Source: Ostrea edulis (lineage: Eukaryota). Taken from it: a stretch of DNA of 64,000 nucleotides. Positions 27,301 to 41,600 of this stretch are shown one piece after another; within the stretch, counting starts at the first letter, position 1, and each line of letters opens with the position of its first letter. A program made the position numbers and the translations under genes. The notes beneath the pieces were generated by a model. That model had not been told where the DNA came from. It worked only from the letters and a program-made list of their open reading frames with translations, and did not search any database. The stretch covers positions 6,014,001 to 6,078,000 of the forward strand of contig NC_079166.1 in NCBI RefSeq assembly GCF_947568905.1, written 5' to 3'.

Positions 27301-28074
27301 TTGTTTTACAAACAAAATAAATGTGGTAATTGCCCGCTGGTACCGTTAGAAAAACTTTGAAAATTGAATCCGAACATAGAGATGAACTAGAGTCAGATTC
27401 TGATGCAAAACATTTTGGAGAGTTCGAATCCAATAAATTTGGAAGCGACTTTCCCGTGTACTGTCTCAAAGATTTAGATAAAATTGATAAGAACTACCCC
27501 TGTACTCATCCATGTTATCTAGTAAACCTACATACAGACGATTCCTTATTTTCTCTTTTTAAATATCTATTGAATAAAAAGGTATAACATTTTAAGATAT
27601 ATTTTATGAGATATAAACATCATAACATACAGTTATTATGTGTATATGAAAAGAATTTTATTGACATGGTTGATTGTCAGAGCAGTACTTGATCTCAAAG
27701 AATGTAGATACTGTAGACATAAACATGACGAGGATCTGTAGAGTTACCCACATGTCTCTTTACACATCTCGCATTCAAAAGGATTCTGTAGTAATACATG
27801 GTGCAAGGATCACATCCTCTTTCTGTGTCATAGGTCAGTTTGTGGACCGCGTCAGCCTAAAATACAAAGAAAATTGTCCTCATTGTTTTGTTTTTACAGT
27901 AGAGGTATTTAATATATTATACACTTGAATACAGTTTTGCCCTTAACAAATTTCCTTTGATGTATTCCAAGTTTGATATTTCTATTAGGCACCTAAATAC
28001 CTAAAGTTCATCTGTCACCATTATGAAATGGAAATGTCCTTGAACAATGAAAGAATAAAAGAAGAATCTAAGAA

Positions 28075-28915
28075 AAATATTAAATCAAAAGACTTTTGAC
28101 CAACTGTAAAACCATTTTTAACAAACAAAGGATTCACCACACAGAAATACTTAATTCTCTCGGAAAATAACACGCTTGTAAACAGCCAGAAAGAGGTATG
28201 TGAAATTTTTGATGACTTTTTCATAAATGTTGCTAAACATATTGGGGATGTAGAACAATTTGATGAAAATCACCGAAGTATACAGGCAATAAAAGCAAAT
28301 AAAACAGAATTACCACAACAACATCCATTTTCTTTTAAAGCTGTCACTGGAGACTTTGTAACAAAAAGTATAAAGAAAATAAATATTAAAAAAGCCACTG
28401 GTATTGATGGAATTTCTACAAAACTCTTACACATCTCTTTACCAGTTATCAGTAAACTAATTAACATGTCCCTATCAATATCAACTTTCCCTAACCAGCT
28501 TAAGATAGCACAAAGTGACACCATTATACAAGAAGAATAGTTCATTAGATAAAGGCAACTATAGACCTGTTGGTGTTCTTCCTGCAATCTCAAAAGGTTT
28601 TGAAAGAGCAATTGAAAATCAGTTAACAATGTTTTTTAAAAATGTTTTCAATCCTTTTTTGGCAGCTTTTCGGTCAAGTTTTGGATGTCAGTCAACTTTA
28701 TTAAGAGTAATTGAAGATTGAAAACAGAAATTGGATAAAAACGAGTACACAGCAGCAATTTTAATGGACCTACCTAAAGCCTTTGACTGCCCTCCTTATG
28801 AACTACTTCTTCTTAAACTAAAAGCATATGGTCTCTCAAAGCAGCACAAGAGATGTTAAGTAGCTATCTCTCATGTAGAAAACAGTGTGTTAAAGTGGGG
28901 GAGCACACCAGTATC
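28075..28915 (+). mobile_element. CR1/L2-group non-LTR retrotransposon ORF2 (RT) fragment, disrupted
   Basis: VKPFLTNKG..KKATGIDGIS..FPNQLKIAQ/TPLYKKNSSLDKGNYRPVGVLPAISKGFE..AAFRSSFGCQSTLLRVIED*..AAILMDLPKAFDC..LKAYGLS, with stops and frameshifts. Confidence 0.9.
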
Positions 28916-31900
28916 ATGTCATAATTCTTAATCTCAATATGATATAAATATCTCCAAATTATTTCCTTTACTTCGTAAATATAGTTTCAAGAATCAAGAT
29001 ACAGTCAATTGAATTTAATTTCATTGAAAATGGGAAATACCTGCCCGCTCCTCATCATTTAAGGATGAAATGAGTTTACTATGACCGAAAAATTTATTAT
29101 TGTACTTACATCCATGAAAACACGCATCTGTAACCTTGACATCAAATGCATGTGATTAACTTAATTTATTAAAGGCTTGCGAATGGTTAGTTGTATATTG
29201 TTTAGTGCCCTTCTTAAGAATTTCACTCGTGAAGACGTCACCATTGCCGGTGAAGGATTGCAAAATTTAAACAGCTGTTTAACCACAGGAGTTTGAAATT
29301 GATCATGCTTACGCATATCTCATGGCTTGGTCAATCAAGTGCATTTTATTGACTTTATTGATAAAATTTCAAACTCCTGTGGTTTAACACTGTTTATTTA
29401 CATGTACTTACCATAACTTGATGATTAAGCTATACAATATTTAGTTTACAGAATTTATAACATAGACATATAGGTGTTATTTAAAGGCTTTATTGTTTAA
29501 TTCCATTGTTCAATCTGTCTAAACAAGATTATTAATGACCAAATGATAACTAACCTCTAGTGATTGCAGACTCGCAGTTGTCGTTTTTTCCTTGAAGCTG
29601 CATGAAGTTGATCCTGGTGTTTAGAACTTGAATCTCCTTCTGCTTTCTTCACACTGTGATATGTCATTTATTTTCCTTCTATATTATTTTATTTTTTCTT
29701 ACAGAAACATTTCACAAACACGTGTATTGCTGATTCGTCTGTCATTTTCATTCTGACCAATTTCTCTATCAGAACATTACCCTCACCATCCGCCTCTTTC
29801 ACAAAACAAGAAAACCCACAAAAACAGCATACATTAATCAGAGTGCACCCTCGAAATCCAGATCTATGTGGTGCTATCAGCGAAATTGATGGCGCGGCCA
29901 TATTGTTTATTATTTATGCTGATTTATCGGGATGCTTTAGAAAGGGTATGTTGTTCCGAGAGATCGAGCGACACTCTGATTGGATAGCATCATAGGTCAT
30001 CCTGAGGTGACCCCTAACACGGAGTTGTTAGATCCTATGTGTAGCGATAATAGATGAGTCGATCATAGGATTTAATTTTAATTAGATTGGAACAATTGGT
30101 ATTTGAACCAAAAATATGCAATATGTGCCTATCCAAAACTTCAATGAGACTGTCGCTATACAACCTCGGCTATCCATCCAATGAATACTGTTCGAATTTC
30201 TAGCTATTTAAAGTCACCCGATGTGGACATAAACACTTTCTTAATAATACGACAAACGTTATATACAAGAAGTAATTTTTTTCATAGAGTCGGTCAAGTC
30301 TCCATACTTTTATTTACAAAATATTTTACACCTGACATGTACTAAAATATCTTACTCAGTTCACAATGGAGACTTGGCCCACTCCCTATGAAAATCTGCT
30401 TGAAAAAGTCAACTTTTGTGCGTTTTTTTCTTCTCGTATACGTGATTTTAAATAGGATTTTTCAATGTTCCTTTGAAATAGGCACATCGAAAAAGTATTT
30501 TTGGAAACTATTGATTGATTATTTTAACCAGAATTCAAATTTTCCTTTTTCTGGAGACTTTCAATTTTAACTTTGATATTTGTCCTTCTGTGGGTTCTCG
30601 GCTCAAAAAAGTCACCCATCTTTGTCAATCCCAGTAAAACAAAATTGAAAAAATAGATTAAAAGCCTATCTATTTTCATTGTTAATTAACACATTGTTAA
30701 TTAACACATGGATGTGGGTATAGTGTTATCGTACGTCATTCTTTGTTGTTGCTAATGGTTTATTAGTCTTAAGCATTTCATTTGGAAGAAAACTTAATAT
30801 TCATTAATGTTTTAGGAGTTTACCACATACTTGTTTCAAGGTATTAAATGTATAACGAAAAACTATTGAATGATTTTGAAGGATTTATATCAACATAAAT
30901 GTTTATTGTTAAATAACGATGAAAGTGAAGTAGATAAAATTCATATAACCTTTAAAAGATAAGAAGCCGACCTTTATGCACTTGAGTTATCTGCCCTTTG
31001 TAATAATAACAAAAAGCTATTTGTAGTAAATGATTAATTTCATTTCATATTATAAGATAGCAAAAAATGTATGTAACTTTCTACCAATAGATTTGTATGA
31101 AAATATAATTTCTTTGAAAAATATTTGAATAAAACATGCTCCTCCCATAGACTTCAATGTTAAATTTTAGGTGAATTAAATCAAGCAGTAAACAAAATTT
31201 TGAAAGTTTCTATGGTGGATTATTTTTGATGAACCCTTCAAAATGATATAATGATTTCAAAAACCTCAATACCCTAATCAACATTAGTTACTTTCTATAC
31301 AGAGATACATTTGTTGTCTACCCAGGAAGAACATTTTGTACGTTAGATCCTACATTGTGAAATGGCTTGTGATGGTACGCCTGTTGTTAGGACGTTTGAT
31401 TTATGACCACTAGGTGGTGCGGTTAAGACGTTTGATGGATAACCAGTAGATGGTGCGGTTAGGACGTTTGATTTATAAACAGTAGATGGTGCGGTTAGGA
31501 CGTTTGATTTATAACCACTAGGTGGTGCGGTTAGGACGTTTGATTTATAACCAGTAGGTGGTGCGATTACGAATTTTTATTTATGACCAGTAAGTGGTGC
31601 GTATGAGTCCTATTGTTAGGACGTTTGATTTATGACCAATAGGTGGTGCGATTAGGATGTTTGATTGGTGACCAATAGGTGGTGTGGTTAGGATGTTTGA
31701 TTTATGACCAGTAGGTGGTACGTTCGAGTCCCGATGCTAAGACGTTTGATTTATGACTAGTAGTTGGTGCGTATCAGTCCCGCTTCCGTCATATAGCTGC
31801 GCCAAACCTGGTATGAAGCAGATAACTTTTTCGCTAAGCATTCAACATTTAAGCTTTTCATGTATGACTTTTAAAACAGAGATGAAGTGGCATGACCAGC

Positions 31901-32519
31901 GTTCTCATTTTAATGAACTACGGCCCTGAGAGTCAAGTAAGTATTGATTTCCGGTACGTCACCTACTATTAAACACATTTAATTGTGAGTAAACAGTTCT
32001 ACAAGGAGGCAGAAGCACAGCAATTCAATGGAAATAAAGTTTCGGTTTGGGAAAGTGAGGAAGTAAGAAACAAGTGTTGACATCACCATACTGCGATAAG
32101 AGAATGGTGTTTTAGCTTCTTTGATGACTATTTGCACTTGCCTATGCGGTGTCATTTAGTTTGAAAGAATAACATTACAATCATCAGACCAATGCTGAGA
32201 GCGATTTTAACCTGTCGAGTCAAAATACATTTCTAAATAGCTGTGATATATGGACTGTCTCTACAATATCATTTTGATCTATTGTTCAATCCCAAATCCT
32301 ATCGCTATATGTATTTAAGAATTGAGTATTGTTACATGCAATACACTCCCGCTAAATCTACATTTCAGCAGAACGTAATCTAAATATTTCATGTTTTACT
32401 CCAGATACTCAATTCAGGGAAGGACCCGACCCATTCTCTGTTGTAGATCGAAATAGATCATTTGAATCTATCAGAATATATTTCTCAGTTTTTCAATTCT
32501 ATAAAACAATTTTTCAGAT

Positions 32520-33445
32520 TGACCGGTCAACAGGGGACCCCTAGCCCCTAGACACCTGATACCACCTCTGGTGTGTCTCGGGGTCTATGTTTCCTGATCT
32601 TTAATTCTGTATTCGTTATGGAATCTATGTCAATTTGATATATCCCTGTGAGCTCGAAATAAAGAACACCACAGAGCCGTCCACTTCTGCTTCATACTTG
32701 CATATTGTATTGCTCACGGCGGGTGTGACCGGTCGGCAGGTGATGATTACTCCTCCTAGGTACCTGATCCCACCTCCGATGTGTCCAGGGGTCCGTGTTT
32801 GTCCAACTATCTATTTTGTGTGGCTTATAGGAGTTATGAGATTGATCACGGTTCGTTATCTTCACCTTGCATTAAAAGTAGACATTAACGGCAAACTGAC
32901 AACTCAAGTGTATGACATACGGGATGATTTCAGCTTCTCCATCGTCAACTTTCCATATTTAAGTAGCAATATTCCATTATCACCTGCATATGGTGTTTAT
33001 ATATCTCAACTGATTCGATATACAAGAGCTTGTTCTGCGTATAGTCAGTTTTTAAATCGAGGTAAGCTACTGACACACAAGTTGATGGTACAGGGATTTC
33101 AACAGTCTCGATTGAAGTCAGCATTTCGCAAATTCTATGGTCGTTATAACGATCTAGTTCGTCAATACAACCTCGCATTGGGTCAAATGCTGTCTGACGT
33201 GTTTCATACAGTTTGTTAAGCCGTTCTTGGTACACTGATTTTGACTGCGTATAAATCCGTTTATCTGATCAGGATATGGGGCTCACAGCGGATGTGACTG
33301 GTGTACAGGGGATGCTTACTCCTCCTAGGCACCTGATCCCACCTCTGATGTGTCCAGGGGTCCGTGTTTGCCCAACTATCTATTTTGTATTCCTTATAGG
33401 AGTTATGAGATTGATGACTGTTCGTTATCTTCACCTTTTCATTTT
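32520..33445 (+). mobile_element. Composite Naiad-like Penelope retroelement: 5'-truncated RT copy with another copy's 3' end nested inside
   Basis: IYPCELEIKNTT..SASYL is interrupted at about 32712-32870 by the structured 3' repeat, then resumes KVDINGKLTTQVYDIRDDFSFSIVNFPYLSSNIPLSPAYGVYISQLIRY..YGRYNDLV..TVC*. There is no C-terminal GIY-YIG, consistent with N-terminal-EN Naiads. Confidence 0.8.
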
Positions 33446-34687
33446 GAGGTATTATTTGTAAATCGATTTGATATCCACCCGATTTCCTGAAAGGCATATA
33501 CTTACATGCTTTCCTTCCTACCCTATTGACAATATATGGCTTGTTAACTAAGGGGGAAAATATCAGGAATGATTATGACAAACATTAGTGACAAATCCAT
33601 ACATGTAAATCCATGAAAAATGATGTTGATAGTAACCCGATCCATATCTTTTTTTAATGAACCTAAACTCACAACTAACACTGGTGTACCTAAACTAAAA
33701 AACACGTCAACAAAGTATCAATATTGTAAGATTATCACGGCCAAGTTTTTAGAACAAGTTTTTTATTCAATCAGTGATCAGGCTCGTAACTCCGGTAAGG
33801 AATACAAAATTAATTAAAATTAAATACACTTATAAAATTCATCAAATGATAATTGAAACAAGAGATCCCACAATGATACATATGTATGTGCTGATTTTAC
33901 ATGGGATTTGTTTAAATCACAGGACATTACTTTAGTTTAGCATTTCTATTCCAACATATCATAAATTTGAACTTAAAACTAAATCTGGTGTACCTAAACT
34001 AAAATGCACGTCAACAAATTATCAATATTGCAGGGTTATCATGGCTAAATATGTAGAACAAGTTTTGTATTCAATTTTATATAACATTGACCATCTCCCA
34101 TTTCATTCAAATGAAAAGGTGAAGATAACGATAAGTGATCAGGCTCGTAACTCCGGTAAGGAATACAAAATTAAATAAAATTAAATACACTTTTAAAATT
34201 CAGCAAATTATAATTGAAAGAGAGCGCATAATGATAAATATGCATGTGTTAATTTTACATGGGATTTGTTTAAATCATAGGATATTACTTTAGTTTAGCA
34301 TTTCTATTCCAGTAAACTATAACACATTGCATATTTTATCATGTTTTGTACTGACACACATGTATACATTTCATAATATATATCAAAAGAGATCTTTTCT
34401 ATCGATAACGGAGGCCGGATTTTTATATTTTATATCCAACAATGTTGGGATAGAAACCTCGGCATTAGAAAAAACTGGTATTCCAAAGCTTAGTTTTTGC
34501 TATTGAATATTGATTGAATGATTTAATCAAACAGATGACGTAATAACCTAGATATAACATGGGATGCTTACTCCTCCTAGGCACCTGATCCCACCTCTGG
34601 TGTGTCCAGGGGTCCGTGTTCGCCCAACTATATATTTTGTATGCTTGTAGGAGTTATGAGATTGGTCACTGTTTGTTATCTTCACCT

Positions 34688-34736
<49 letters not shown>

Positions 34737-35656
34737 TCAGAATACAAAATGATACATACTACAATGTATTTTCAAGGTACTAATGCATGTGGAAATTAAA
34801 GATATGAAAATTCTTAAAGAAACCAATAAGAGGGACGGCGGAGGGAATGTGGGGGGGGGGGGCAATAAAATGGCAAAATATTCCAGTGATGGTATGGCTG
34901 CTTACTGATTGGCTGAAAATTTGGGGGCACCTCTGGGAAAAAATGGTAACACGATTGATATTGAGGCGGATGAAGGAAATAATGATTATGATACAAAATT
35001 CGATATACGAAAGAATCTAAAATTCATTTTTCCAAACGAGGTTTGAAACATCCTTCTATATGGGTGATTCCATGACGTTGATACTAAAAACACTCAAAGA
35101 CTGGTATTACGCACATTATGTTAATTACATGCACCCACTTTTTCTTCAAGTACATAAGCCGATGTTTTGAGCTTGTGCAAGCATTCGTTACTAGAGGAGT
35201 AGAGAAATCGAAGTGTTTGTTTTGCGGAATATATAATAAAAGTAAGTATCAAAATTGAAAATATTTGAACAAAAAGTAGTTGTTATTTTTTTTTAATTGT
35301 ACCTAATTTACATTGCAGTAAAAGTATGTTTGACTCTTACGATCTGATTATAGGGGGGAAAATTGACATGAAACTAGAAATTGAAATCACTATATCCAAA
35401 ACTACTGTGTCTTAAAGAACAAAAAAGTAAATAGATAAAAAACATAAAATCAATGATATTATCAACCTGATGATATTCTACATTTTGAAATATACAAACA
35501 TCTAGATAATATTTAATCTTACTTGTAGTTATGTAAACGAGCATACATCTGCATAAGATATTACACCATTTTCATTGGATAAAAGAATTATTAACTTGAA
35601 ATAATGACATTAACAATTGTGGACGTCATAAAATATTTCTGTTCAGAATTAAAGCA

Positions 35657-38600
35657 ATGAGGGCCCTGACATTGGCACTTTTTACTCTGATGTATATGGA
35701 AACATCAGCTCAGCGGCAAACCGACTGGGACAGGCCGCTTAACTTTCAATGCTCTTCCACTGCTAACGGCATCTCATATGTTATATCTGTGCATGACAAG
35801 AGAAAGAAGGAGAGACGATTTCTCTTCGTATGTAGACCTGTTCATGCAGTCTCTGGATCTGTTTCTTGCCACTTATCAGGTATTTTACTTCACATTCTCA
35901 ACATAGTTTGATTGGAAATTATACATTGTTATACCCCCTTATATAACAGTTCCTATGTAAAAGTCCAAGATTTTGACAGTTCCGGCGACTTGTGGACCAG
36001 AACTGTTAAGAGTCGACTGTTGACCGACGTGACATTATACTGCGCTGAAACGAGTTATCTTTCATGTCGTTTGGTAAATGAATAATGTCAATACACGACG
36101 CTTCAACAGTGCATCTGAAGAGGACATTCAGGCAATACTCAAGAAGAGACACAGCCAAAAACAAGAAAAATGTTGTAAAACAGCAGAAAACATCCGAAAC
36201 GATTATACTTTTAATTGTTTCCTATATGGGCACAACACAACAGATGTTGACAGGGTTCTCCGGCAACAGTGAATCTCTCAACCTTGGCCAATGGTTTGCA
36301 CATCGATCCGGCAGATCAACTGTTGTCCTCAACCCAAGTCAACAACTTGTACTATTTTCATACAACATATATATATACAAACACTTCTACATGAGAAGAA
36401 AAATACCTTGCTGTTGCCTTCAATTCGACATTTAGATATATCGACGACGTTTTATCTATTAACAATAATAACTTCCGTTCATATGTCGGTGCGATATATG
36501 TCTATGAGCCCAAAATAAAAGACAGCACCGAGTCGTCCACGTCTGCTTCATACTTGGATATTTTTTGAAAGTAGATATTAATGGCAAACTAGCAACTGAA
36601 CTTTATGACAAACGGGATGATTTCAACTTCTCCATCGTCAACGTCCCATATTTATGCAGCAATATTCCATTATCACCTACATATGATGCTTATATCTCTA
36701 AACAGATTCGATACGCATGAAGTTGTTCTGTGTTTGGTCAATGGTCAGTTTCTAAATTGAGGCAAGCTACCGAGAAACAAGTTGATGGTACTGGGGTTCA
36801 TCAGTCTCGCTTAAATAAGCATTTCGCAAATTCTATGGTCGTTATAACGATCTAGTTGGCCAATACAACCTATCATTGGGTGAAAGGTAAAATAGCGAAG
36901 AGTGATCAATCTCATAACTCCTATCAGCAATACAAAATAGATAGGTGAGCAAACACGGACCCCTGGATACACCAGAGTTGGAATCAGGTATCAAGGAGGA
37001 GTAAGTATCCCCTGTCGACCGGTCATACCCGCCGTGAGTCGTATATCTTGATTAGGTAAACGGAGTTATCCGCAGTCAAAATTTAATCCGGCGGGTTTGA
37101 CCGGTCGACAGGGGATGCTTACTCCTCCTAGGCACCTGATCCCACCTCTGGTGCATTCAGGGGTCCGTGTTTGCCCAACTATCTATTTTGAATTACTTAT
37201 AGGAGTTATGAGATTGATCACTGTCCGTTATCTTTACCTTTCATCTACACATTGATATGAAAAAATAATTCGTTTATTTACAAACCTATTGATTGTTATA
37301 TGAATTATTTTAAGTTTAATTTCCGTGGGGATCCGGGTAAGAATAGGTCTTCAGTACCCATGCGTGTCGTAATAAGCGACTAAATGGGGCGGTCGTTCGG
37401 ATGAGACCGCAAAAACCGAGGTCCCGTGTCACAGCAGGTGTGGCATGATCAAGATCCCTCCCTGCTCAATGGCCATAAGTACCGAGCATAGACCTTAATG
37501 TTGTAGCCCTTCAACGGCAGTGGTGACGTCTCCTTATTAATGACAAATTCTCGAGAGGGACGTAAAACAATATTCAATCAATTCAATTTTATGTTTGATA
37601 ATTATATCCACAGGTTACGTGAATAGTTATGATCAGCCATTCCTTTTTACGTGTCCAAATGGGGGTTATCTGAATAGTGTCTCTGATGTCCACAACAACA
37701 GCGAGAAAGACAGGCTGTATAGATTTAGATGTTGTACTCCGAGTTCAGGTATGCATGACCACAAAACCTCGTGGTAGCGTAAATCATAATTGCATACAAA
37801 GACAAGTTAGACATTGGAATATGTAAATGAAAATTTGATAATGATAATAATAGTGATTATAACAGTAATAATAAGAATTACAATGAAACAATTTAAAGGC
37901 TACTACCATACGGACTGCACATGGACTGGTTGGGTTAACAATTGGAGTGAATATTTTACGTACTTCACTCCTCGCAATTATATCATCAAAGGAGTCCACA
38001 GCATTCACAACAAGAGGAAAAAGTGAGTATATACTATTCACACCTTGTGTTTAACATTGTACAACACATACATGTACTGTCATCTGTGAGTATATACTAT
38101 AGGCACCCTGTGTTTAACATTGTACAACACATACATGTACTGTCATCTGTGAGTATATACTATTGGCACCCTGTGATTAACATTGTACAACACATACATG
38201 TACTGTCATCAGTGGGTATCTACTATTGACGCCCTGTGTTTAACATTGTACAACACATATATGTACTGTATTAAGTGAATATATACTATTGACACCCTGT
38301 GATTGACATTGTACAACACATTGTTAGCTGACCTGTTTTTATATTCATATGAAGCAGAATTTATTCAAAAACTTCTACGTGAGAAGAAAAAATATCTCGT
38401 TGTGACCTTCAATTCGACTTTTAGATATATCGATGACGTTTTGTCTATTAACAATGATAGCTTTCATTCATATGTCGATTTGATATATCCCTGTGAGCTC
38501 GAAATAAATGACACCACAGCGTCGTCCACTTCTGCTTCATACTTAGATATTTTATTGAAAGTAGGCATTAACGGCAAACTGACAACTCAACTGTATGACA

Positions 38601-41600
38601 AACGGGATGATTTCAGCTTCTCCATCTTCAACTTCCCACATTTATGTAGCAATATTCCATTATCACCTGCATATGGTGTTTATATATCTCAACTAATTCG
38701 ATATGCAAAAGCTTGTTCTGGGTATAGTCGGCTTCTAAATCGAGGTAAGTTACTGACAAACAAGTTGATGGTACAGGGATTTCAACAGTCTCGATTGAAG
38801 TCAGCATTTTGCAAATTCTATGGTCGTTATAACGATCTAGTTCATCAATACGACCTCGCATTGGGTCAAATGTTGTCTGACGTGTTTCATACCGATTGTT
38901 AAGCCGTTCTTGGCACACTGATTTTGACTGCGTATAACTCCGTTTACCTGATCAGGATATGGGGCTCACGGCGGGTGTGACCGGTCAACAGGGGATGCTC
39001 ACTCCTCCTAGGCACCTGATCCCACCTCTGGTGTGTCCAGGGGTCCATGTTTGCCCAACTATTTATTTTGTATTGCTTGTAGGAGTTATGAGATTGATCT
39101 CTGTTCGTTATCTTCACCTTGCATACATGTACTGTAATAAGTGGATATTCACTTTGCTATCACCACTGGTAGTTAAACACAGATACCTGATAATCAAATA
39201 CATTAATCTAAGTCAGTACACACGGTCTTGTATTACGATAACTAAGTTGACATGAAACTTTAAGCATTATACGCAGTCTGACATTATCATTGTGAAGTAG
39301 TTATTATAAGTGGTCTGTAGTTGTCATTATTAAGTGTGCAGTTATTACAAGCATATACAGTCTGACATTTGTTTTAATTTTATACAGTCTGATATTATCA
39401 TTAGTGAGTGGACATTAGTTACTGTAGAATGTTGAATTCGATATATGCTAGTAATTTAAGTTAATTCCCCATACCACATCTTAGTATCGATAAACCTACA
39501 GATTTCTATCAAAATTTGCATGTATTTTGTCGAGGATGTATATTGACCAAATTCCCGAAGAAAGATTTGTTTAGCGGCCTTTTCCAGAGTAAAGCCACTT
39601 CTAAAAATAGAACATATAACTTTAAAACAAGCAGTGTTAATATACATACATCTTAAGGCACTGTCTTTATTTAAACGATAGAAATATGTTTCTTTAATAT
39701 GAATTAATGAAAATGTATTGCATTTGACTGTTTCCAATAATTTTTCATCTACTGAACCATGTTCTTGGTTTCAAGGTGATGAAAATGCAGGTATAGTAGT
39801 CAAATTATGACTAATCATAGCCTACCATATCCGGAAAATAGTGTTTTCAAAAAACCTTCAGGCTTTTTAAACATTTCAATATGATTTACCTTTACACCCC
39901 AGCAATCATTTGACATAAGAAGTAGATAGGGTATCAGATAATTTGAGAGCCCAATGACCCCCTCTAGGTTAAAAACCTTTACAAAACGCATATTGAAAAA
40001 TGGTGTCTAAACTCCCTATCTCTGCAAACATGTTTCATTCATCATTTACATTACTAAATGACCATTTCAAGAAATATTACTGGGTGGGTTTTGAAAAACA
40101 GTTTAAAACATCAAAGCTTCAAATAGCTGAAAACCACTTTCATTGATTGGTGTAAGCTATGGAGATCGGGCTTGAAGTTAAAAAAATCCTAACTTTACTA
40201 TGGATCTTACTAAATCCTTAGCCTACGTCACATGTACACTGACATGACGTCACAATAAATGAAAAAATAAAATTATGTCGCCAAATCTAGTTGGAACAAA
40301 GTGATGTAGATCAGAATGATTTTTACATTTTTAACGCCCCTTAAGAGAATGATAACCTATGCTCAAATTACAAATTTTGGGAAATTTGAATATTTTAAAA
40401 GATGAACCCGAATTCTGCATTCCTCACCCACTTGGTAATGTTTAGTTCCTGCCACTTTTTAACAATACGATACAGCCATGTGATGTGAGTGTTAACAACA
40501 TGTAACTATCGCGTACATTCCGGGTCGTTTGAATCAAAACATCACTAAAGGTCATGTCCGGCCAGAAAAGTGTTTTAGATCAAAGAAAATTACATTACAA
40601 CACCCATACTGTACGTAGAAGAACACAAACGTACGACACCTAGGCCTAGATATAGGGCCTAGATATGTGACAAATCTGTCAGCGTGTGATCTAAATTGAA
40701 ATCATTAGACACAACAGAGATATGCACATACACTGTACATGTATATGTATATGCACATTTATTATGGATTCGGAGGGCCTCGAAAGCGATTATTGTCGTG
40801 TAAATAAATATTTTAAAAAAATCCGAGGGGGTTTACAATGTTAGCATAGCTTTATATTATTGATATATTTTATTTAGATCATGACAACATCGATCGTATT
40901 CTTTAAGGTTTAAATAAATTACAAGGAACACATAACAACAATATGTCACTGTCAGTACATGTAGCACATAAAAATCTGCATAGTGTACATGTTGAATAGG
41001 AGATTCTATATTTCTACCCATCATTAATGATCGGAAATCGCACAAAAGAAATCGCCTACAATCGATACATTGAAAATAGGCAACACGATTTAACATCATA
41101 GTCTGTAATATTTGCAGAAATCTCACGGGAATTACTGAACGATTGTGTGTCATAACACAATGTGTATGGAGAAGTTGCGACTTCGCGATGTACATGTATA
41201 TAACTATAAGCACTTTTTCCCCCAGAGCGCTGTCTTGTATAGAACCGGCTTATTTCTATTATTGCGATTCGTATGTTGTTTTTTAATTCTAAAGTTTTGT
41301 TGTTTGCTTTCACATAATCAGTCCTAATACGGTCTGCAAAATTCACCAAAATGCCATCGGGTTCGTTGAATGTGTGATAACGTTCGTGATTCGTGAATAA
41401 CGTTTCTAACGTTATTTGACGTGATCTGGGGAATTACCTTAAGATTCTGTTCACCATATATAATTTCCTCATCTGTTCCATTTGTCATGCTGTGTATAAA
41501 CATGCACCGTGAGATAGATTGGCATTGTCCGTGAGTATACATTACGAGATGTATGAATATACTGTATTTATAAACAATATATGCTGTTATTATTCTTACA

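Noticed and set aside
29560-29901. Minus-strand ORF MAAPSISL..CCFCGFSCF as a gene exon
   Set aside because: It may be a transposon zinc-finger first exon, but I found no recognisable domain, partner exons or element termini.
38303-38902. 199-aa ORF as a host gene
   Set aside because: 5'-truncated Penelope-like RT (YIDD motif) with many decayed siblings in the window; it starts at a non-ATG codon in a tandem-repeat junction.
38965-39060. Canonical HDV-like or twister ribozyme in the Naiad-like 3' end
   Set aside because: P1 is only 6 bp, there is no catalytic C-R-A junction before the putative P2 3' strand, and the twister core spacing is not met. Kept only as an unclassified structure candidate.
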